Source: an uncultured Planctomycetota bacterium
Lineage (GTDB): Bacteria; Planctomycetota; Planctomycetia; Isosphaerales; Isosphaeraceae
Direction: 5' to 3'
NCBI GenBank assembly: GCA_963823665.1
Contig: CAWGMQ010000003.1
Location: 1,824,001 to 1,888,000 of the forward strand
Length of the DNA: 64,000 bases
Below, one piece after another: positions 8,625 through 19,998 of the stretch. Below the pieces are notes generated by a model. The model searched no databases, had not been told where the DNA came from, and saw only the letters and a program-made list of their open reading frames with translations. Made by a program: the position numbers and the translations under genes. How positions within the stretch are numbered: position 1 is the first letter of the stretch; each line of letters begins with the position of its first letter.

Positions 8625-11600
8625 TCGGCTTTTCCTGGCAGCAGGGAGCGTAACTCCCTGCTGCCTTCCCGGGGGGACGGATTGACTCCGTGCTTCAAGC
8701 CGTCGTACAGCGTGGATAGATCCCACACGATCGCGGTCGTATCGTTCCCCGCGGAGACCAAGGTCTTCCCATCGGGCGAAAAGGCCAGCGACCAGCACTC
8801 AGTCGTTTGAGGCTCGAGCCGGAGGACTTCGCGTTTGGTGGCGACCTCCCAGATCCGGATCGACGCATCGGCCATCGCTCTGGGCTCGCGGCCGTCATCG
8901 GCGCTGAAGGGAGTCACGGCTGCGGCGAGGAGACGTCCATCGCCCGAGAGGGCCAGCGACGCCCCGCTGTACGTCTTGAGAAGGAACGTTCGCGTCGGCC
9001 TGCCGGTCCTCAGATCCCAGCCCAGGAGCTGGTCGCCGAATCCGCTGGTCGCAGCCGTGGTGAGATTCGGCCCGAAAACTGCGGAGGCCAGCGCCTCTGG
9101 CGCTTGCGGCTGGGGCGGCCCGGCGGCGCGGCGATGGCCTGTGATCGGAATCTCCCTGGTCAATCGACTCGTGGCCAGATCCCAGAACCGAAACTTGGGG
9201 TCCTGGCCGTTCATCTCCTGGCCTGCGGAAATCAATGTCTTGGCGTCGCGAGTGAAGGCCATCGCGCGGGTTTCTCCTCGGTGGCCTGGGAGCTCGGCCT
9301 CCTTCTTGCCGGTCGTCACGTCGAAGACGCTGATGACATCCGAGGCGACGGCCAACTTTCGGCCGTCGGGAGCAAACTCGAGCACAACACCAGGTAGGCC
9401 GAGGTGCAGCGCACGGCGGAGGGAAAAGTCACCGAGGTCCCAGAGGCGGACAATGCCGTGAACGCCATCGTTGTCGTGGCCGGCGCCGGCGAGGATCCGC
9501 CCATCCGGGGAGAACCGAACCGCCCAGACTCGACAGCCGAGCTCAAACCGGCGGACGACCTTCGCCTTGCCCGCATCCCACAGGCGAACCGCGCCGTTAT
9601 CGTCCCCGGTGGCGACGAAGCCGCCGCTGGCGGCTATTGCCACGCTGCGCACTTCGGATTCATGGGAATTTTCTTGATGGAAGAGCGGTTGCCCCGTGGA
9701 GAGGTCCCACAGGCGGACCGTTTCATCGCCACGCTCGAGTGCGACGGTCTTGCCGTCAGACGAAAGCGCGATTCCGGGACATCGCTTCGCAGGTGTTTTT
9801 TCAGCACCGATTGCGATGGTCCGGCGGAGCGTTTCCGTGGCAAGGTCCCAGACGAGGAGGCGGTCATGATGGGCAGAGACCAGCGTTCTTCCATCGCGAG
9901 ACAGGGCGAGCCCTGACATGCCTTCGGTCACCCCCGGGTCGAGATCCTTCAGCTTCTGCCCGGATTTTGCATCCCAGATCCGAATTTGCGGGATGCTCAG
10001 CTCGTCGGAAATGTTTCCCTGGGGGTCCCGGACGCGCCTGGCCCCCCAGCCGCAGGAAATGATCTTTCCTCCGGGGGCGAAGGCCAGGTTCACGAGCCGT
10101 CCCCGATGGGCATCGCGGATGATCGTCGGGCCCGGGTCGCCGTCACATTGCCAAACAAAGATCGAATGGCTTTCGGAATTTCTTGCGGATGCACCAAGCG
10201 CCAGAGACTTGCCGTCGGGGGAGAATACCAGCGACGGATAGAAGATCGGCCCCGCATCATGCGCGAACGTCCGTGTCTCGAGGCCGGTCGCAGAATCCCA
10301 GATTCGGACGAGTGGATCCTGATCACTGCCCGTTGCGAATGTGAGGCCATCGGGGGCGAACGCGATTCCCCACACACAATCCCTGTGAGCTTGGAAACAG
10401 ACGCGTTCCTTGCCCGTCGTGACGTCCCAAACTTGAACCAGGCCGCTGCGACGGCCGATGACCAGTGCGGAACCGTCTGGAGAGTAGGCGACGCTCTGCG
10501 CGATAGCTTCCCTCGAGGGTACGGACTCCTTGATTGCCGGGAGTTCTGCGGCCGGCTCGCCGGTCGCCAGGTCCCAGAACCGAACGGCTCCGTCGGCGCC
10601 AGCAGATGCAACGATTCGGTTATCGGGCGCGAACGCGATGCTGGTGACCCAGCTTGTATGCCGCAACCGCGTGGTCCCTAACCGTACGCGAGCGTGCTGC
10701 GGAAGCTTTGTCTCGGGTGGCTTCGCGGCCACGGTGCTAGCCCGATTCCGCTCTGGCGCGAGTCGGTTCTGATCGCGATGCCCCTTGCCAAGCGCACCCG
10801 GCAGCTCGCCGGTCTGGGCCAGCGCCGTCGCGACGGCGAGCGAAAGCAGGAGCCCCCCGAGCGCCAGCTTGATTCGCGTTACGAACATCGCCTGTAAAGC
10901 ACCGTTGGCCAGCGCCACGACCGACCGCGAAGCGACACTCGCCTCCGGCCGGCCCAGGGCTAAACCCATCGCGGCTCGCACCGTCGAAGCCGCGAGCGGC
11001 ACCGGAACGCCCACCGGGGCTTGCGAAGGCGGAAGGAGCATCGGAACGAGACCGGCCGACGGCGCCATGCCGCGGCGGCAGAGCCGTGTGCGGAGTAGGT
11101 CCTTGGCGCGCGCCAGGCGGCCCGAGACCGTTCCCTTGGTCCAGCCCAGCTCACGCGCGGCGTCTTCCTGGGTCTTGCCCTGGAGATAGCAGAGAAGCAC
11201 CGCGACGCGATACGGGTGCGGAAGGCGATGGAGCTCCTCGTCGAGTACCGAACGAAGCTCAATGGCCTCAAAGTCGCTCTCCGCGGAAGGACTTGACGTC
11301 AAACTCGCGTGCGGCGTTGGTTGCACCGCGCGGCGGCGCGACATTTCCCTGGCCCGCCGCGAGATCCTGGCAGCGACGCCGTGCAGCCACGAGCCGAGAG
11401 AGTCTCGATTGCGGATCGTGCCGGCCTTGAGCGCCAGAGCCAGAAACGTTGCCTGGAAGGCGTCTTCGGCCGTGTGGTCATCGCGAAGGACCCTGCGGCA
11501 AACCCCCAGTACCATCGGACCATGCCGGCCGACGATCGCCTCGAAGGCCCGCCGGCCGACCGTATCTGCCTTCGTGGTGAAGTGATCGAGAAGCTCCCGG

Positions 11601-11680
11601 TCGGTCAAGTCGCCGACCGGTCCTGCGCGATACAGGATATCGAGGTCGCGAACGAATGATTGGGCTCTGGCGGACTTCAT
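8618..11680 (-). CDS. Membrane-anchored ECF sigma factor with C-terminal WD40 beta-propellers (planctomycete type)
   Basis: N-terminal [81 protein letters not shown] followed by many AFAPDG...VRxWD repeats. Confidence 0.92.
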   Translation of the reverse strand: MKSARAQSFVRDLDILYRAGPVGDLTDRELLDHFTTKADTVGRRAFEAIVGRHGPMVLGVCRRVLRDDHTAEDAFQATFLALALKAGTIRNRDSLGSWLHGVAARISRRAREMSRRRAVQPTPHASLTSSPSAESDFEAIELRSVLDEELHRLPHPYRVAVLLCYLQGKTQEDAARELGWTKGTVSGRLARAKDLLRTRLCRRGMAPSAGLVPMLLPPSQAPVGVPVPLAASTVRAAMGLALGRPEASVASRSVVALANGALQAMFVTRIKLALGGLLLSLAVATALAQTGELPGALGKGHRDQNRLAPERNRASTVAAKPPETKLPQHARVRLGTTRLRHTSWVTSIAFAPDNRIVASAGADGAVRFWDLATGEPAAELPAIKESVPSREAIAQSVAYSPDGSALVIGRRSGLVQVWDVTTGKERVCFQAHRDCVWGIAFAPDGLTFATGSDQDPLVRIWDSATGLETRTFAHDAGPIFYPSLVFSPDGKSLALGASARNSESHSIFVWQCDGDPGPTIIRDAHRGRLVNLAFAPGGKIISCGWGARRVRDPQGNISDELSIPQIRIWDAKSGQKLKDLDPGVTEGMSGLALSRDGRTLVSAHHDRLLVWDLATETLRRTIAIGAEKTPAKRCPGIALSSDGKTVALERGDETVRLWDLSTGQPLFHQENSHESEVRSVAIAASGGFVATGDDNGAVRLWDAGKAKVVRRFELGCRVWAVRFSPDGRILAGAGHDNDGVHGIVRLWDLGDFSLRRALHLGLPGVVLEFAPDGRKLAVASDVISVFDVTTGKKEAELPGHRGETRAMAFTRDAKTLISAGQEMNGQDPKFRFWDLATSRLTREIPITGHRRAAGPPQPQAPEALASAVFGPNLTTAATSGFGDQLLGWDLRTGRPTRTFLLKTYSGASLALSGDGRLLAAAVTPFSADDGREPRAMADASIRIWEVATKREVLRLEPQTTECWSLAFSPDGKTLVSAGNDTTAIVWDLSTLYDGLKHGVNPSPREGSRELRSLLPGKADQ
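8637..8667 (+). terminator. 12-bp hairpin just after ahcY (possible terminator, inside the 3' end of the convergent sigma gene)
   Basis: GGCAGCAGGGAG-CGTAA-CTCCCTGCTGCC perfect stem; the U-tract is weak (TT only). Confidence 0.5.
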
Positions 11681-11866
11681 TACGAAAGCCTCCCTGCGCG
11701 GCTGCTGGGTCGTCTACACAATAGTGCGCGGAAGGGCCGTCTTGAATACCGGATTTCTTGTGGGTCGATCTCAGTGGAACCGAGCCAGGTCGGGATTCGC
11801 GCGACCACGGGTGGGCCGCTCGAGCTGTCGGCGGAAGCGGCATCGCCTGGTGGGTGCTCGGCTTCC

Positions 11867-12853
11867 TTACGAAATGCCGATCACCGGGTGCGGCACGTAG
11901 GAAGCCTCGAGCCGCGCGGTCTCGTCCGCTGATAATTTGATCTCGAGAGCCGCCAGGCCGTCCTCGAGGTGATGCGGCTTCGTTACCCCCAGGATCGGCG
12001 CCGACACGCTGGGTTTGCTGAGCAACCAGCCCAGGGCGACCTGAGCACGAGACACGCCGCGAGCGTTGGCCACTTCGCCGAGTCGATCGATCACGGCGCG
12101 GTCGACGTCTCCACTCTGCAAGAATATCCGCTTGCCAAACTCGTCGGTTCCTGCCCGCTTGGTCGAATCTCGTTCTTCCCACGCGCGAGTTAGCCGGCCA
12201 CGCGCGAGTGGGCTCCAGGGAATTACGCCCACACCCTCGGTGGCGCACAAGCCCATCATCTCTCGCTCTTCTTCACGATAAAGAAGGTTGTAGTGATTCT
12301 GCATTGAAATGAACCGCGTCCACCCACGGCGATCAGCCACATAAAGCGCTTTGCAAAACTGCCACGCACACATCGATGAAGCACCGAGGTACCTCGCCTT
12401 GCCGGCTTTAACGACATCGTGCAGTGCCTCGAGAGTCTCTTCGATTGGCGTGGTGTCGTCCCAGCGATGAATCTGGTACAGATCGACATAATCTGTCCCG
12501 AGCCGTACCAAGCTCGAGTCGATCTCAGTCATGATCGCCTTACGCGAGAGGCCCCGGCTATTAGGGCCCGTACGGGTCGAGAAAAAGACTTTGGTCGCGA
12601 GGACGACCTCGTCGCGCCGTGCAAAATCACGAAGCGCTCGCCCCAAGATTTCTTCACTCGAACCGTCGGAGTAGGAGTTCGATGTATCGAAGAAATTGAT
12701 GCCAGATTCCAGAGACCGCTTGATGATCGGCCGGCTTGCTGCTTCATCAAGCGTCCAGGCATGCATCCCGCGTTCGGGCACGCCAAAGCTCATGCAGCCC
12801 AGACAGAGCCGCGACACCTTGAGACCGGAATGACCGAGGTTCACATAATTCAT
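11867..12853 (-). CDS. Aldo/keto reductase (YajO-like)
   Basis: MNYVNLGHSGLKVSRLCLGCMSFG, GINFFDTSNSYSDGSSE, DYVDLYQIHRWD, IPWSPLARG. Start placed at ATG 12853. Confidence 0.93.
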   Translation of the reverse strand: MNYVNLGHSGLKVSRLCLGCMSFGVPERGMHAWTLDEAASRPIIKRSLESGINFFDTSNSYSDGSSEEILGRALRDFARRDEVVLATKVFFSTRTGPNSRGLSRKAIMTEIDSSLVRLGTDYVDLYQIHRWDDTTPIEETLEALHDVVKAGKARYLGASSMCAWQFCKALYVADRRGWTRFISMQNHYNLLYREEEREMMGLCATEGVGVIPWSPLARGRLTRAWEERDSTKRAGTDEFGKRIFLQSGDVDRAVIDRLGEVANARGVSRAQVALGWLLSKPSVSAPILGVTKPHHLEDGLAALEIKLSADETARLEASYVPHPVIGIS

Positions 12854-12980
12854 CGTGCCGAATCCTGCCACAGCCCGATCACGTTTCCAGCCGGATCGCG
12901 CGCCGTCGCGACCCAAAGGCTTCCTTCCGCGTACTCGGCTTGACGATTGCGCCGCCGTGTGCCGTTACGCGCCTCAAAGT
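12850..12980 (-). pseudogene. C-terminal remnant of a VOC/glyoxalase-family gene
   Basis: TLRRVTAHGGAIVKP/frameshift ~12935/YAEGSLWVATARDPAGNVIGLWQDSAR* matches the VOC C-terminal motif. Its stop overlaps the AKR start (ATGA). No N-terminal half upstream. Confidence 0.7.
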
Positions 12981-13072
12981 GGATTGCAGCCGTGCGAGAT
13001 CTCGACCACTTGAAGCTCGTGGACACCCCGTTACACGCTAGCCCGGGGTGAGCGAAAGCACAAGCCGCCCAC

Positions 13073-16000
13073 TCAGGACCGCCATGGCGACTTTCCGGTG
13101 TTGCCGGCATGGTCGAACAAGGCGTCGATGAACCACGGCTGCGCCGCGTGCGCGGGATTCTCACTGGGCCGGACGAGCGCCGGGAACGCTTCCGCATGAA
13201 GTGGAGACGTCGCGCCTCCCGGTTGATCGACCAGTACGACCTTGGGTTTCTTCGGCTTCTTTGGAGGCTTGGGCAGCTTCGCGGACTTGCCGAAGTAAAA
13301 GACGTCATTTGCTCCAGGCGCTCCGCTGGCCGAGGCATTGAGAAGCTTTCCTCCGGCACTTTCCAGCCCTGAGGGAGACTGCGCGCTGACCGTGAGCCGG
13401 ATCGAATCCTTCAGGCTGTCCGGCTTTTTCAGGACGAGCGTGACCGCGTCGGTTGCGCTCGCGTAGGTTGCGCTCGCGATCTTGACACCCTGATTGCCCT
13501 TGCCGCCGAAGATGTGACTGGAGCCAGCATCCAGCAATGTATAGTTACTGATATTCGTGACGGAGCTCAGGCTCATGGGTTCATTGAACGCAAGGGTAAT
13601 CTTGCTCAAGGCTCCCTTTTTCTTGGTGATCTGTGGGGCACCGACAACCGTCGGGCCGGGGACGCCGGTTGTGCTTGTGCCGGCCGACACGGAGAACGTG
13701 CCCACCGTCGCGTTTACGGCGTTGCCGGCCAGATCGGTGGGCCGCGCCGAGCCGAAAGAGACTGTGTAGACGCCGTTCGGGCTCGTGGCCCAACTGCCAC
13801 CCGGCGGCGAGATCTGGTAGGTGACGGTCTCGACCGGCGCGTCGCCCGAAGAGTCCTGGGGCGATCCCGATGGGGTGCTCGATAACACGGTGGTGCGCAG
13901 TGGCGATGCCCCGCCGGGGGGCTGGACCAGGACGACCGCATCCGACAGCGAGGCCTTGGCGACGGCGACGTTATCGGCGTAGGTTATCGTGAACGTGTAT
14001 GGGACGAGCGCAGAAGCATTGGCGGCGGTCACGGCCGGGGCGCTCGACAGCGTTGCGGTGGGAGGCGTGGTGTCGGGGGTGGCGAGGGTCTGGTAGGCAC
14101 CCAGATCGGGGTGGTCACCGCTTTGGAGGGCAAAGCCTCGCTCGTCGGTAAAGAGGCCCGTGGTCGTGCCGGCCTTGCCAATGGCGGGGCTGCCGGGTTG
14201 CAGGCTCAGCGTCTGGGTCGGTCCGCCGTTGTTCTGCAGACCGGCGGGTGAGAACAGCGGGTTGACGCCGGTGATGTTTCCGGAGCCGGTGACGGTGCCG
14301 GTTGGCGCGGTCTGGAACAGGCTGTTGCTGGTCGTGACTTTTCCCGCGTAGTCGGCTCCTTTGGCGCGGAGTTTCCGCCGAACAGGGAGCTCGCAACCGT
14401 TATCGCCCCGGCGCCGGACTGGTAGGCTCCGCCGCCGGCAATGGACGGGTTGCCGGGCGGGTCGACGGCGCTGTTGTCGGCGACGGTGACATAGTCGATC
14501 GTGAGGGTGCCTCCGCTCACGAAGATGCCGCCGCCGAACGCGTCGCCTGGGTCGCCGGGCGCGCCGTCGGCGCCGGCCACGCCGGTGGCGCCATTGCGGC
14601 GGCCAGTCGCGCCGGCTGCCCCGCTGGCTCCGGGGTTGCCGATCAAGCCGCCGCCTGGTGAGTGACCGGGCAATCCACCGTGGCCGCCGCCGCCTGCTTT
14701 GCCGCGGAGCCCATAATTCCCTCGCGTCGTGAAGCCGCCGTTGCCGTTTGGCAGATTCGAGTAGACGACCTTTCCGCCCGCGCCCCCGGCACCGAGACGC
14801 CGGCTGCGACGGTGTTTTCGAAGAACGTGCTGTTCAGAACGTCCACATGGCCCGCGCTCAAATAGATCCCGCCACCGAGTCCGAACCCGCCACCGCCGCC
14901 GTTGCCGCCGTTACCGCCGCTGCCACCGGTGCCGCCGGTGCCGCCCGCGCCACCTTTGCCGCCGTTGCCACCATTGCCGCCGTGGCCGTTCTTGCCCATG
15001 AAACCGGACGGGCCGCTGACGCCGCCGTTGCCGCCGCTGCCGCCGCTGCCGCCGTGGCCACCGTAGCCTCCGGTGCCGCCGGCGCCGCCGTGGCCACCTT
15101 TGCCCCCGACACCAGCGGCGGCTCCGTCCGCTTCATTCTGGGCGAGGGTGTCAGCGGTTAACGTGAGCGATCCGCCGGCGACGGCGATGCCGCCGCCGTC
15201 TCCGCTGCCGCCGGCACCCGCGGCGCCACCGTCGCCGCCGGAGCCGCCGATACCTCCCTTACCACCTTTGCCGCCAGTGCCGCCGAGGCCGCCGACGCCG
15301 CCGGATGCACCGGGGCCAAAGTCTATTCCGCCATCGCCGCCGTGGCCGCCATCGCCGCCACGACCACCCGCGGGACCGGCGTTCAAGATGATGGCGCCGC
15401 CAATGCCTCCCGCTCCTCCGTTTCCGCCGTCGCCGCCGCGACCGCCCGCGCCGCCGGCGGCGGTGTTTGCTGTGAGCGTGGAGGCGCTCAGGCTCAACTG
15501 TCCGGCCGCGATGTCGATTGCGCCGCCGGCACCGACGCCGCCATTGCCGCCGGCACCGCCGAAACCACCGACGCCGCCGGTGCCGCCGCGACCGTCGTTC
15601 CCGGCCAAGCCACCACGGCCGCCAGCAGCGGCCTTGCCACCGGCCCCGCCTACACCGCCCTTCAAGTTGTCGCCACCGCCGCCGCCGCTGCCGCCGCGAC
15701 CGCCCGCGCCGCCGCCGCCGCCGCCGCCTCCCTGAGTTCCAATGGCCGCGGTGCGGCCGTCACCGCCGTCGCCGCCGTCACCGCCCTGGGCCGTACTGTG
15801 CTCGAAAGTCGCGGCGCGAATCGTCATGCTGCCGCCGGCGAGAAAGATGGCGCCTCCGAAGCCGGTTCCCCCGCTGCCTCCGTCGCCGCCGACCGTCCCA
15901 TTGACCCCGTGACCGCCCGGGCCACCAACACCGCCGACTCCGCCGGTGCCGCCCTTGGCGCCGTTGCCACCGACGCCGCCCGAGCTGCCGTGCTTACCGC

Positions 16001-17099
16001 CGCCACCGCCACCGGCGCCCCCCATACCGCCGATGCCGCCCGCGCCGCCTCTGCCCGACCCGCCGCCGAGTTGGCCTTCGGCTCCGTGACCGCCTGATCC
16101 GCCCGCTCCGCCGTAGGCACTGTTTGACTGGAACGATGACTGAAAGATCGAGACCGTGCCGGCGGCAACATAGATCGCGCCGCCCGCAGCACTGCCACCA
16201 TTGCCGCCAGGGCCGCCAGGGCCAAACTGCCTGGTCGATGGGGCGCCCGCGGCCCCATTGCCGCCAGAGTGGCCTTTCATCCCGGGCTGGCCGCTGGCGC
16301 CGGAGGCTCCGGTCGCGCCGGCCTGGCCCGATTGGCCGTTCTTCCCCGCAGCCCCAGTCTTTCCGCGGCTGAAATTGATCTGGCCCCCGGAGCCACCTGC
16401 TCCAGCAGGACCTCCGCGAGCGATATTGCCCGACAGCCTGGAGCTGATGACGCTCAGACTACCGGATGCAAGGTAAACACCGCCGCCCATCGCGTCGCCG
16501 CCGGCCCCCCCGCGCCCTCCGCCGGCGCTCCCGGTACCGGCCAAGCCGGGGACGCCGGACAAGCCCGACGCGGTGTTGTCCGCCAGCAACACGGAGCTCA
16601 ACACGACGTTTCCGCCGTCGATCAGCAGGCCGCCCCCGAGACCTGCGTGGCCGCCGAGCACGCCCCCGTCGAGCGCCCGCCCGCCCTCAAGAATGACGTT
16701 CTCGAAAACGACGGACATGCCCGCCGACGGCGTGCCGAGGACCTGTAAGATGCGGAATGCCCCCTGCGGAGTGATCGTCGACTGCAAGCTCCCCGCGCCC
16801 TCGATCGTCAGCGACTTGTTCGCAACGCCGCTCGCCAGGTCCTGGATGAGCAGACTGCCGCCGGCGCCTTCAGTCAGCGTAAATGTGCCGGGACCAAGCT
16901 CGATCGTGTTGCTCGAGTCGGCGTTGGAATCTGCTTGATTGATGGCGGATCGCAGGCTGTTCTGCGCGCCGTCGGCGACTCCCGCCGAGATCGTGAAGAC
17001 CGCCGGCGACAGACGTGGCTCGAGGGATTCGAGGAGATGCCGGAACGATCGATTGCGCCGACGTCGAGCCCGCCCCACGGAACGCGCTGGATGCGACAT
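13073..17099 (-). CDS. Glycine-rich (PE-PGRS-like) secreted beta-helix protein; one gene broken by two frameshifts (~14790, ~14365)
   Basis: RBS GAGGAG then MSHPARSVGRARRRRNRSFRHLLESLEPRLSPA. Long GGxGGxG tracts. Three track ORFs join seamlessly into ...AAGVSGAGGAGG...FGGNSA/KGADYAG...LQNNGGPTQTLSLQPGSPAIG...DLGAYQ...DTTPPTA... Confidence 0.8.
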
Positions 17100-17311
17100 A
17101 TCAATCTCCTCGACGACGAAACTCCGTCTCGACGATTGATCGCGCCCGGGACTCGACCGCGGGCGCACGCACGACGTCAACCATACTATCACGAGTGCGT
17201 TGAATTTCAACGAGGTTGTATCTGTTGTGGCCGGCACGCGGAGCGGCTCACGGAGTGTTGGCCGCGCCTGCATGGCAGTATAATTGGGCACGCACCGAAG
17301 GAGACACAAGC

Positions 17312-17947
17312 ATGTCGACGATCACGAGACCGCCTCTGCAGTCGAGGTGGGTCCCAAAACGCCTGGCGCGGCTAACTGTCGGCCAGTACGAGGCGATGGT
17401 CGACGCCGGCGTGTTCGCCAAGCGCGATCGGTTTACTCTCATCAACGGATTCCTGGTGGCCAAAGTGCCGAAGAGCCCACGCCATACCTTCGTCGCCAAG
17501 AATCTCGTCAGAAAACTCCAGAGGCTGGTCCCCTCCGGCTGGGATTTCCGGATCGAGGGTGCGATAGGACTGGCGTTTTCCAAGCCAGAGCCCGACGTTT
17601 CGATCGCGCGTGGAGACATCGAAGACTACACCGCTCGCGATCCAGGGCCGGCTGATCTGGCAATGGTCGTCGAAATCGCCGCGTCGAGCGTTTCGGAGGA
17701 TCGGCAGATGGCAAAGGTCTACGGTCCGGCTGGCATCCCGGTTTACTGGATCGTCAATTTAAAGGCCCGCCAAGTCGAAGTCTATTCACTTTTAAAGCGG
17801 CGGGGGACTTCTGGCTACGGCAGGCCTCGGGTCTTCATGGTGGGGCAATCAGTGCCCGTCATGTTCGAGGGCCTGGAGGTAGGGCGACTGGCCGTGGCCG
17901 ACATCGTGCCGCTCTTCGAGCCGGCGGCCGGCGGCAACGGGGCTTGA
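17312..17947 (+). CDS. Uma2-family (PD-(D/E)xK) putative endonuclease
   Basis: RBS AAGGAG; LTVGQYEAMVDAGVF, PEPDVSI, VVEIAASS..DR..YGPAGIPVYWIVNL. Confidence 0.9.
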   Translation: MSTITRPPLQSRWVPKRLARLTVGQYEAMVDAGVFAKRDRFTLINGFLVAKVPKSPRHTFVAKNLVRKLQRLVPSGWDFRIEGAIGLAFSKPEPDVSIARGDIEDYTARDPGPADLAMVVEIAASSVSEDRQMAKVYGPAGIPVYWIVNLKARQVEVYSLLKRRGTSGYGRPRVFMVGQSVPVMFEGLEVGRLAVADIVPLFEPAAGGNGA

Positions 17948-18018
17948 CCGTTCCATGGCAAACTTCCGTCCGACGAGCAACCTTTATCCGTCAGACCATT
18001 CAAGCCAGCCACCAGATC

Positions 18019-18924
18019 ATGAAACGAATCAAACTCGCGACCCATGGCCCAGAATTCTCGCGCATGGTTTATGGCACGTGGCGGCTGCTCGAGGCGAGGT
18101 CGACCTCACAGGCAATCAACCGCCGGCTCCATGCCTGCGTCGATCTCGGCATCACGACCATTGATACCGCGGAGATTTACGGTAACTACGAAGTGGAGCA
18201 ACAACTCGGTGAGGCGCTCGCCTTGTCGCCGGGATTGCGTGATCAACTCGAGCTGGTCACGAAGGCCGGTATTTATGTGCCTTGCTCGCACCATCCCGAA
18301 CGCCGCACGGCTCATTACAACGCCACTGGCCCGCGTTTGATCAAAAGCCTCGAAAAATCCCTGCGCCTGCTCGGCACCGACCATGTCGAACTGTTTCTCG
18401 TCCATCGCCCCGACTGGCTGACGCGAGCCGACGACACGGCCGCGGGATTGAATGAGCTCTTGGGCAACGGCAAGATTCGCGCAGCGGGCGTGTCCAACTA
18501 CAGTGCTTCGCAGTTTGATCTGCTCTACTCGCGGATGGAACAACCGCTCGTGACGAACCAGATCGAGTTCCACCTGCTGCACCCGGAGCCAATCGACGAC
18601 GGCACATTGCATCAGTGCGAGAAACTTGGCCTGCACCCGATGGCGTGGAGCCCGCTCGCGGGTGGGCGAATCTTTGATCCAATCAATCCCGCCGCGGGCC
18701 GTCTGGCTGCGGCAGCGAAGAACATGTCGTCCCGTTACAACGCGGCACCGCTGGAACAGCTAGCGTACGCCTGGATTCTCGCGCACCCGAGTCAACCGCT
18801 TGCTGTCTTCGGCACGAACAAACTCGAACGCCTGCAATCCGCCGCGCAGGCCGACTCCATCGTGCTGGAACGTGAAGACTGGTATGCGCTCTGGGAAGCG
18901 GCGCAAGGCCGAAGGATTCCCTGA
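18019..18924 (+). CDS. Aldo/keto reductase (YdhF/YcsN-like)
   Basis: FSRMVYGTWRL, GITTIDTAEIYGNYEVE, LFLVHRPD, GVSNY, TNQIE, MAWSPLAGG. Confidence 0.92.
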   Translation: MKRIKLATHGPEFSRMVYGTWRLLEARSTSQAINRRLHACVDLGITTIDTAEIYGNYEVEQQLGEALALSPGLRDQLELVTKAGIYVPCSHHPERRTAHYNATGPRLIKSLEKSLRLLGTDHVELFLVHRPDWLTRADDTAAGLNELLGNGKIRAAGVSNYSASQFDLLYSRMEQPLVTNQIEFHLLHPEPIDDGTLHQCEKLGLHPMAWSPLAGGRIFDPINPAAGRLAAAAKNMSSRYNAAPLEQLAYAWILAHPSQPLAVFGTNKLERLQSAAQADSIVLEREDWYALWEAAQGRRIP

Positions 18925-19049
18925 GTCAGAATGGGCATCAACCGTCCAATTTGAAAGCGTCGATTGTCGCGGCCGAGCAGGCGGCCGGTCTTGAGTTTTT
19001 CGAGCCACGCTCGCCACCGTTCGGCTTGGCTGCCGGGTCGCCGAGAGGA

Positions 19050-19430
19050 TCAAGCGACCGAATCAGTCGCGGACTGATGAATCCGCTTGAGGCAGATCGA
19101 GAGCTCCCGCTTGACGTCGGCTCTCGCCGCATCGGAGAGAGGACCGGCAAGTGCAGCGCGATAAAGATTGGCAGCGCGGCTCAATTCACCGGACTTCGCG
19201 AAACAACCAGCGGCGCTGACACGGTGCAGTGCGGCCTCGGCATCACGGCCGATCACATCGAACAAAGGCGCGATACGTTCTTCGTACGACGCTGCGCACG
19301 ACCACACGGGCCCAACCGTTTCCTCCAAGCCCATGTCAGAAAATGCCTGCGCCTTCGAGAGTAGGCGAGATTTTTCGGCCATCAGAGCCTTTACGCGCTC
19401 GCCGTATGGCTTAGGCTGGCGATTGGTCAT
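19050..19430 (-). CDS. Hypothetical alpha-helical protein (126 aa)
   Basis: RBS CAGGAG 7 nt before ATG 19430; helical, TPR-like sequence (AALHRVSAAGCFAKSGELSRAANLYRAAL). Confidence 0.65.
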   Translation of the reverse strand: MTNRQPKPYGERVKALMAEKSRLLSKAQAFSDMGLEETVGPVWSCAASYEERIAPLFDVIGRDAEAALHRVSAAGCFAKSGELSRAANLYRAALAGPLSDAARADVKRELSICLKRIHQSATDSVA

Positions 19431-19729
19431 CGACCGGCTCCTGAACACGGTGAAAGGAAAAGCGAATGCGGTGACCCCGGGACGAGAAAACGCAGACCAT
19501 AACATAGGCGTCCCAACCAAGCGGGTTGGCCATGGCTTGTGCGCCTTTCTGCCGATGGCGCCGGGTGAGTTGGCTGTGGATCGCGGTAACAGTCGACGTC
19601 GAGAAACGCGGGCGGCCCACCGTGACGAGCGAGCATTGCAACGCAGGCGACGACCTGGGGTTCGACAAAGAACCACGGATGCCACGTCGCCAAATCCTCG
19701 ATGTTACAGCGTAGCGTGCGCACGATCAC
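19411..19729 (-). pseudogene. Frameshifted or internally deleted hypothetical gene coupled to the 19050-19430 gene
   Basis: Protein-like N-part (VRTLRCNIEDLATWHPWFFVEPQVVACVAML) and C-part (LTRRHRQKGAQAMANPLGWDAYVMVCVFS..HRIRFSFHR) lie in different frames, with a junction near 19585. Confidence 0.45.
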
Positions 19730-19877
19730 CCCTGAGTTCGCATCGACCTTCGACTCCGCCAAGCGATGAATTTGCCGGTCGCCTAAAGAGTTTCCCACGA
19801 GGGAACTCACGCGGGCAAGTCACGTGAAGCCGGTCCGCCGTTCAACGTCGGACCTCCGCGCCGTGCCGCAGCGTCCT

Positions 19878-19931
19878 GGAGAACTGCGGTCGCGCCCGGA
19901 GGCGGGGTCGGAGACGCCCAACATTGCGGCC
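19878..19931. repeat. REP-like intergenic element, copy 1
   Basis: GGAGAACTGCGGTCG...GGTCGGAGACGCCCAACATTGCGGCC; shares CCCAACATTGCGGCC with 43320-43334. Confidence 0.5.
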
Positions 19932-19998
19932 GCGGGCGCTGGAACAGGCGCCGTCTCGCGCGCCCACCATCGCACCGACCGAGCCCGCGCAACACCGA

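Noticed and set aside
15073..16476. Pro-rich and Ala-rich plus-strand ORFs
   Set aside because: Reverse-complement products of the (GGC)n glycine codons.
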